Shown: in pieces, positions 61,498 to 64,000 of the stretch
Numbering within the stretch: position 1 is the first letter of the stretch
Layout of the letters: every line of letters begins with the position of its first letter
From: an uncultured Gammaproteobacteria bacterium
Lineage (GTDB): Bacteria > Pseudomonadota > Gammaproteobacteria > UBA6002
Assembly: GCA_963705725.1 (NCBI GenBank)
Contig: CAVPKM010000007.1
Span: forward strand, 64,001 to 128,000
Direction: 5' to 3'
Length of the DNA: 64,000 nucleotides
Position numbers and translations under genes: made by a program
The notes under the pieces: model-generated
The model's input: the letters and a program-made list of their open reading frames with translations, nothing else
Databases searched by the model: none
What the model was told of the DNA's origin: nothing

Positions 61498-62928
61498 TTA
61501 CAATTTTTTCTTAAGAAGCTCATTAACCTGATTAGGATTAGCCTTTCCCTTTGTTTCTTTCATGATTTGGCCAACCAGAAAGCCAAATACTTTATCCTTG
61601 CCAGCGCGATATTGTGTTACTTGCTGTGGATTAGCAGAAAGCACATTATCAATTATTCTTTCAATTTCAGTGGTATCTGTGATTTGTATTAGACCTTTTT
61701 TTGCGATGATTTCATCAACATTCCCTTCCTTTTGCCACAGGCTTTCGAAAACTATTTTCGCTATTTTGCCTGAAATCGTATTATCAGTAATGCGGTTAAG
61801 CAGCGTTGAAAACTCTAGAGCGGAAATAGGGGAATCAGAAATCTCTAGGTTGGATTTGTTTAAAGCGGCGGATAGGTCTCCTATCATCCAATTTGCAACA
61901 AGCTTGGGAGAAGCCTGCGACTGAGTCAGGACTGTTTCGAAATATTCTGCCATTTCTTTGCTAGAAATTAAAATATTGGCGTCATAAGTGGATAGACCAT
62001 AGTCCCTTTCAAATCGATCACGTTTGGCAAGCGGAAGCTCAGGCAGGGTCTCTTTAATCTTAGCGATATAATCTTCATCGAGTATGACAGGCAATAAATC
62101 GGGATCAGGAAAATAGCGATAATCCATTGCCTCTTCCTTGCTACGCATTGAGCGGGTTTCATTTTTATCTGCATCATATAACCGAGTTTCTTGGATCACC
62201 TTTTGACCAGATTCAATAAGATCAATTTGTCTCTCTACTTCATAGTTAATCGCACGTTCAATAAAACGAAATGAGTTAATATTTTTAATCTCAGCTCGTG
62301 TTCCAAAGGTTGTTTGACCTTTTGGTCTGACAGAAACATTGGCATCACAACGGAATGAGCCTTCCTGCATATTTCCATCGCTAATGCCTAAATATCGCAC
62401 AAGTGAGTGGAGCATTTTTAGATAGGCAATGGCTTCTTTAGCGCTGCGAAGTTCAGGTTCAGATACGACTTCAATAAGTGGCGTGCCAGCGCGATTAAGA
62501 TCAATTCCTGAACGATCTAGCATTTCCTCATGAATAGTCTTTCCCGCATCTTCTTCAAGATGTGCGCGTGTTATACCAATGCGTTTTTGCTCGCCATTTT
62601 CTAGTGTAATATCAAGATATCCTTGATAAACAATAGGGAGTTCATACTGGCTAATTTGGTAACCTTTGGGAAGATCAGGGTAGAAGTAGTTTTTACGAGC
62701 GAATACACTTTTTCTAGCAATTTGTGCATCAAGACTGAGCGCTAATTCGACCGCCATTCTAACAGCTTCTTCGTTTAGTACCGGTAAAACACCCGGAAAA
62801 CCCAGATCAATTGCGCAAGCTTGCGTGTTAGGTTCACCGCCATATGCAGTTGATGCACCTGAAAATAATTTTGATTTTGTAGCAAGCTGGACGTGAACTT
62901 CCAGCCCAATAACGGTTTCCCACTCCAT
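61498..62928 (-). CDS. gatB: Asp/Glu-tRNA amidotransferase subunit B
   Basis: [43 protein letters not shown]. Confidence 0.98.
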   Translation of the reverse strand: MEWETVIGLEVHVQLATKSKLFSGASTAYGGEPNTQACAIDLGFPGVLPVLNEEAVRMAVELALSLDAQIARKSVFARKNYFYPDLPKGYQISQYELPIVYQGYLDITLENGEQKRIGITRAHLEEDAGKTIHEEMLDRSGIDLNRAGTPLIEVVSEPELRSAKEAIAYLKMLHSLVRYLGISDGNMQEGSFRCDANVSVRPKGQTTFGTRAEIKNINSFRFIERAINYEVERQIDLIESGQKVIQETRLYDADKNETRSMRSKEEAMDYRYFPDPDLLPVILDEDYIAKIKETLPELPLAKRDRFERDYGLSTYDANILISSKEMAEYFETVLTQSQASPKLVANWMIGDLSAALNKSNLEISDSPISALEFSTLLNRITDNTISGKIAKIVFESLWQKEGNVDEIIAKKGLIQITDTTEIERIIDNVLSANPQQVTQYRAGKDKVFGFLVGQIMKETKGKANPNQVNELLKKKL

Positions 62929-62944
62929 TTAATACCTCTTAAGC

Positions 62945-64000
62945 TTATGCATATAATTCTGGCATTTGTTCATGCCACTTTGTGACTTGCTGATATTGAT
63001 GAGCAATATTTAATAACTTATTTTCCGTAAAATAATTAGAAATTAGTTGAATGCCAACAGGCAAATTTTCAACAAAACCAATTGGCAAGGATATTCCCGG
63101 TAGCCCTGCAAGGTTAGCAGAGATAGTGTAGATATCAGATAAATACATACTGACTGGGTCACTAAATTTTTCACCTAGTTTAAATGCTGGAGTTGGCGTA
63201 GTCGGGCCAAGTATCACATCTACTGTTTTAAATGCTTCAGAAAAATCTTCGCTAATTAAACGACGAATTTTTTGGGCTTTTAAGTAGTAGGCATCATAAT
63301 AACCAGCAGAAAGCACATAAGTTCCAACCATGATGCGACGTTTTACTTCTTCGCCAAAACCTTCACCACGAGATCGTTTATAAAAATCTTCTAGATCTTT
63401 TGTTTGTTTAGCATGATAACCAAAACGCACTCCATCATAGCGAGCAAGATTAGACGAACACTCAGCTGGTGCGACAACATAATAGGCAGGAACAGATAGC
63501 TGTTGATTAGGCAAGCTTATTTCTGTGATGATGGCACCTAGTTTTTGGTACTCTTTTATAGATTCTTCGATAAGTTTAGCGATATCACTATTCAAGCCGG
63601 GACCAAAGTATTCTTTAGGCAGTCCTATTCTAAGCCCGTGAAGCGAATCATTGAGCGATGCAATAAAGTTGGGCTTGGGTTGGTTGGCGCAAGTTGAATC
63701 TTTTTCATCATGTCCTGCCATTACATTTAATAATAAAGCCACATCTTCAGCAGTTAAGGCCATTGGGCCACCTTGATCTAAACTCGATGCAAAGGCAATC
63801 ATGCCATAGCGTGAGACCCTTCCATAAGTGGGTTTTAGGCCAGTAATCCCGCAGAATGCTGCGGGTTGACGAATGGAACCACCCGTATCTGTGCCGGTGG
63901 CTGCTGGTGTTAAGCGAGCTGCCACTGCAGCAGCAGATCCCCCGGAAGAACCTCCTGGCACTCGTTCTAAATCCCAGGGATTTCGTACTAATCCATAATA
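62945..64000 (-). CDS. gatA: Asp/Glu-tRNA amidotransferase subunit A (partial; start outside window)
   Basis: [31 protein letters not shown]. Confidence 0.97.
   Translation of the reverse strand, partial: YYGLVRNPWDLERVPGGSSGGSAAAVAARLTPAATGTDTGGSIRQPAAFCGITGLKPTYGRVSRYGMIAFASSLDQGGPMALTAEDVALLLNVMAGHDEKDSTCANQPKPNFIASLNDSLHGLRIGLPKEYFGPGLNSDIAKLIEESIKEYQKLGAIITEISLPNQQLSVPAYYVVAPAECSSNLARYDGVRFGYHAKQTKDLEDFYKRSRGEGFGEEVKRRIMVGTYVLSAGYYDAYYLKAQKIRRLISEDFSEAFKTVDVILGPTTPTPAFKLGEKFSDPVSMYLSDIYTISANLAGLPGISLPIGFVENLPVGIQLISNYFTENKLLNIAHQYQQVTKWHEQMPELYA

Overview
Low-GC gammaproteobacterial chromosome segment. Gene content (gatAB, uvrB-aspC-tRNA-Asn, yggX-mutY-asmA-trmB, U-box and TPR effector-like genes, Legionellales-style PAS kinase, XYP-type CDPS) points to a Legionellales/Coxiellaceae-like host-associated bacterium (inference). 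Core genes flank a ~48.5 kb accessory region between two convergent tRNAs, Asn (1444-1519, +) and Phe (50009-50084, -). Each tRNA is followed at the same distance by an identical 13-bp motif. The region holds (i) KGG/LEA-like stress genes, Dps and DJ-1; (ii) one intact IS256 and two fragments; (iii) two U-box effector-like genes, one with an N-terminal ubiquitin-like domain; (iv) a MerR-QueF fusion behind a textbook 19-bp-spacer MerR promoter; (v) a duplicated ~500-nt highly structured leader preceding a tight operon of an unknown ORF, an XYP-type cyclodipeptide synthase and a PAS hybrid histidine kinase; and (vi) a ~13 kb RHS/YD-LysM polymorphic toxin gene split by one frameshift, followed by ~10 kb of orphan toxin tips and immunity genes (ARC/CD38-like + Imm74-like, Tse6/Ntox46-like + Tsi6-like, and a repeated hydrophobic-tip/membrane-immunity array). 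Best candidates for new biology are the leader-CDPS-kinase-RHS unit (possible cyclodipeptide signalling controlling a toxin), the MerR-QueF fusion and the UBL-U-box effector. All family calls come from motif recognition by eye; no searches were run.
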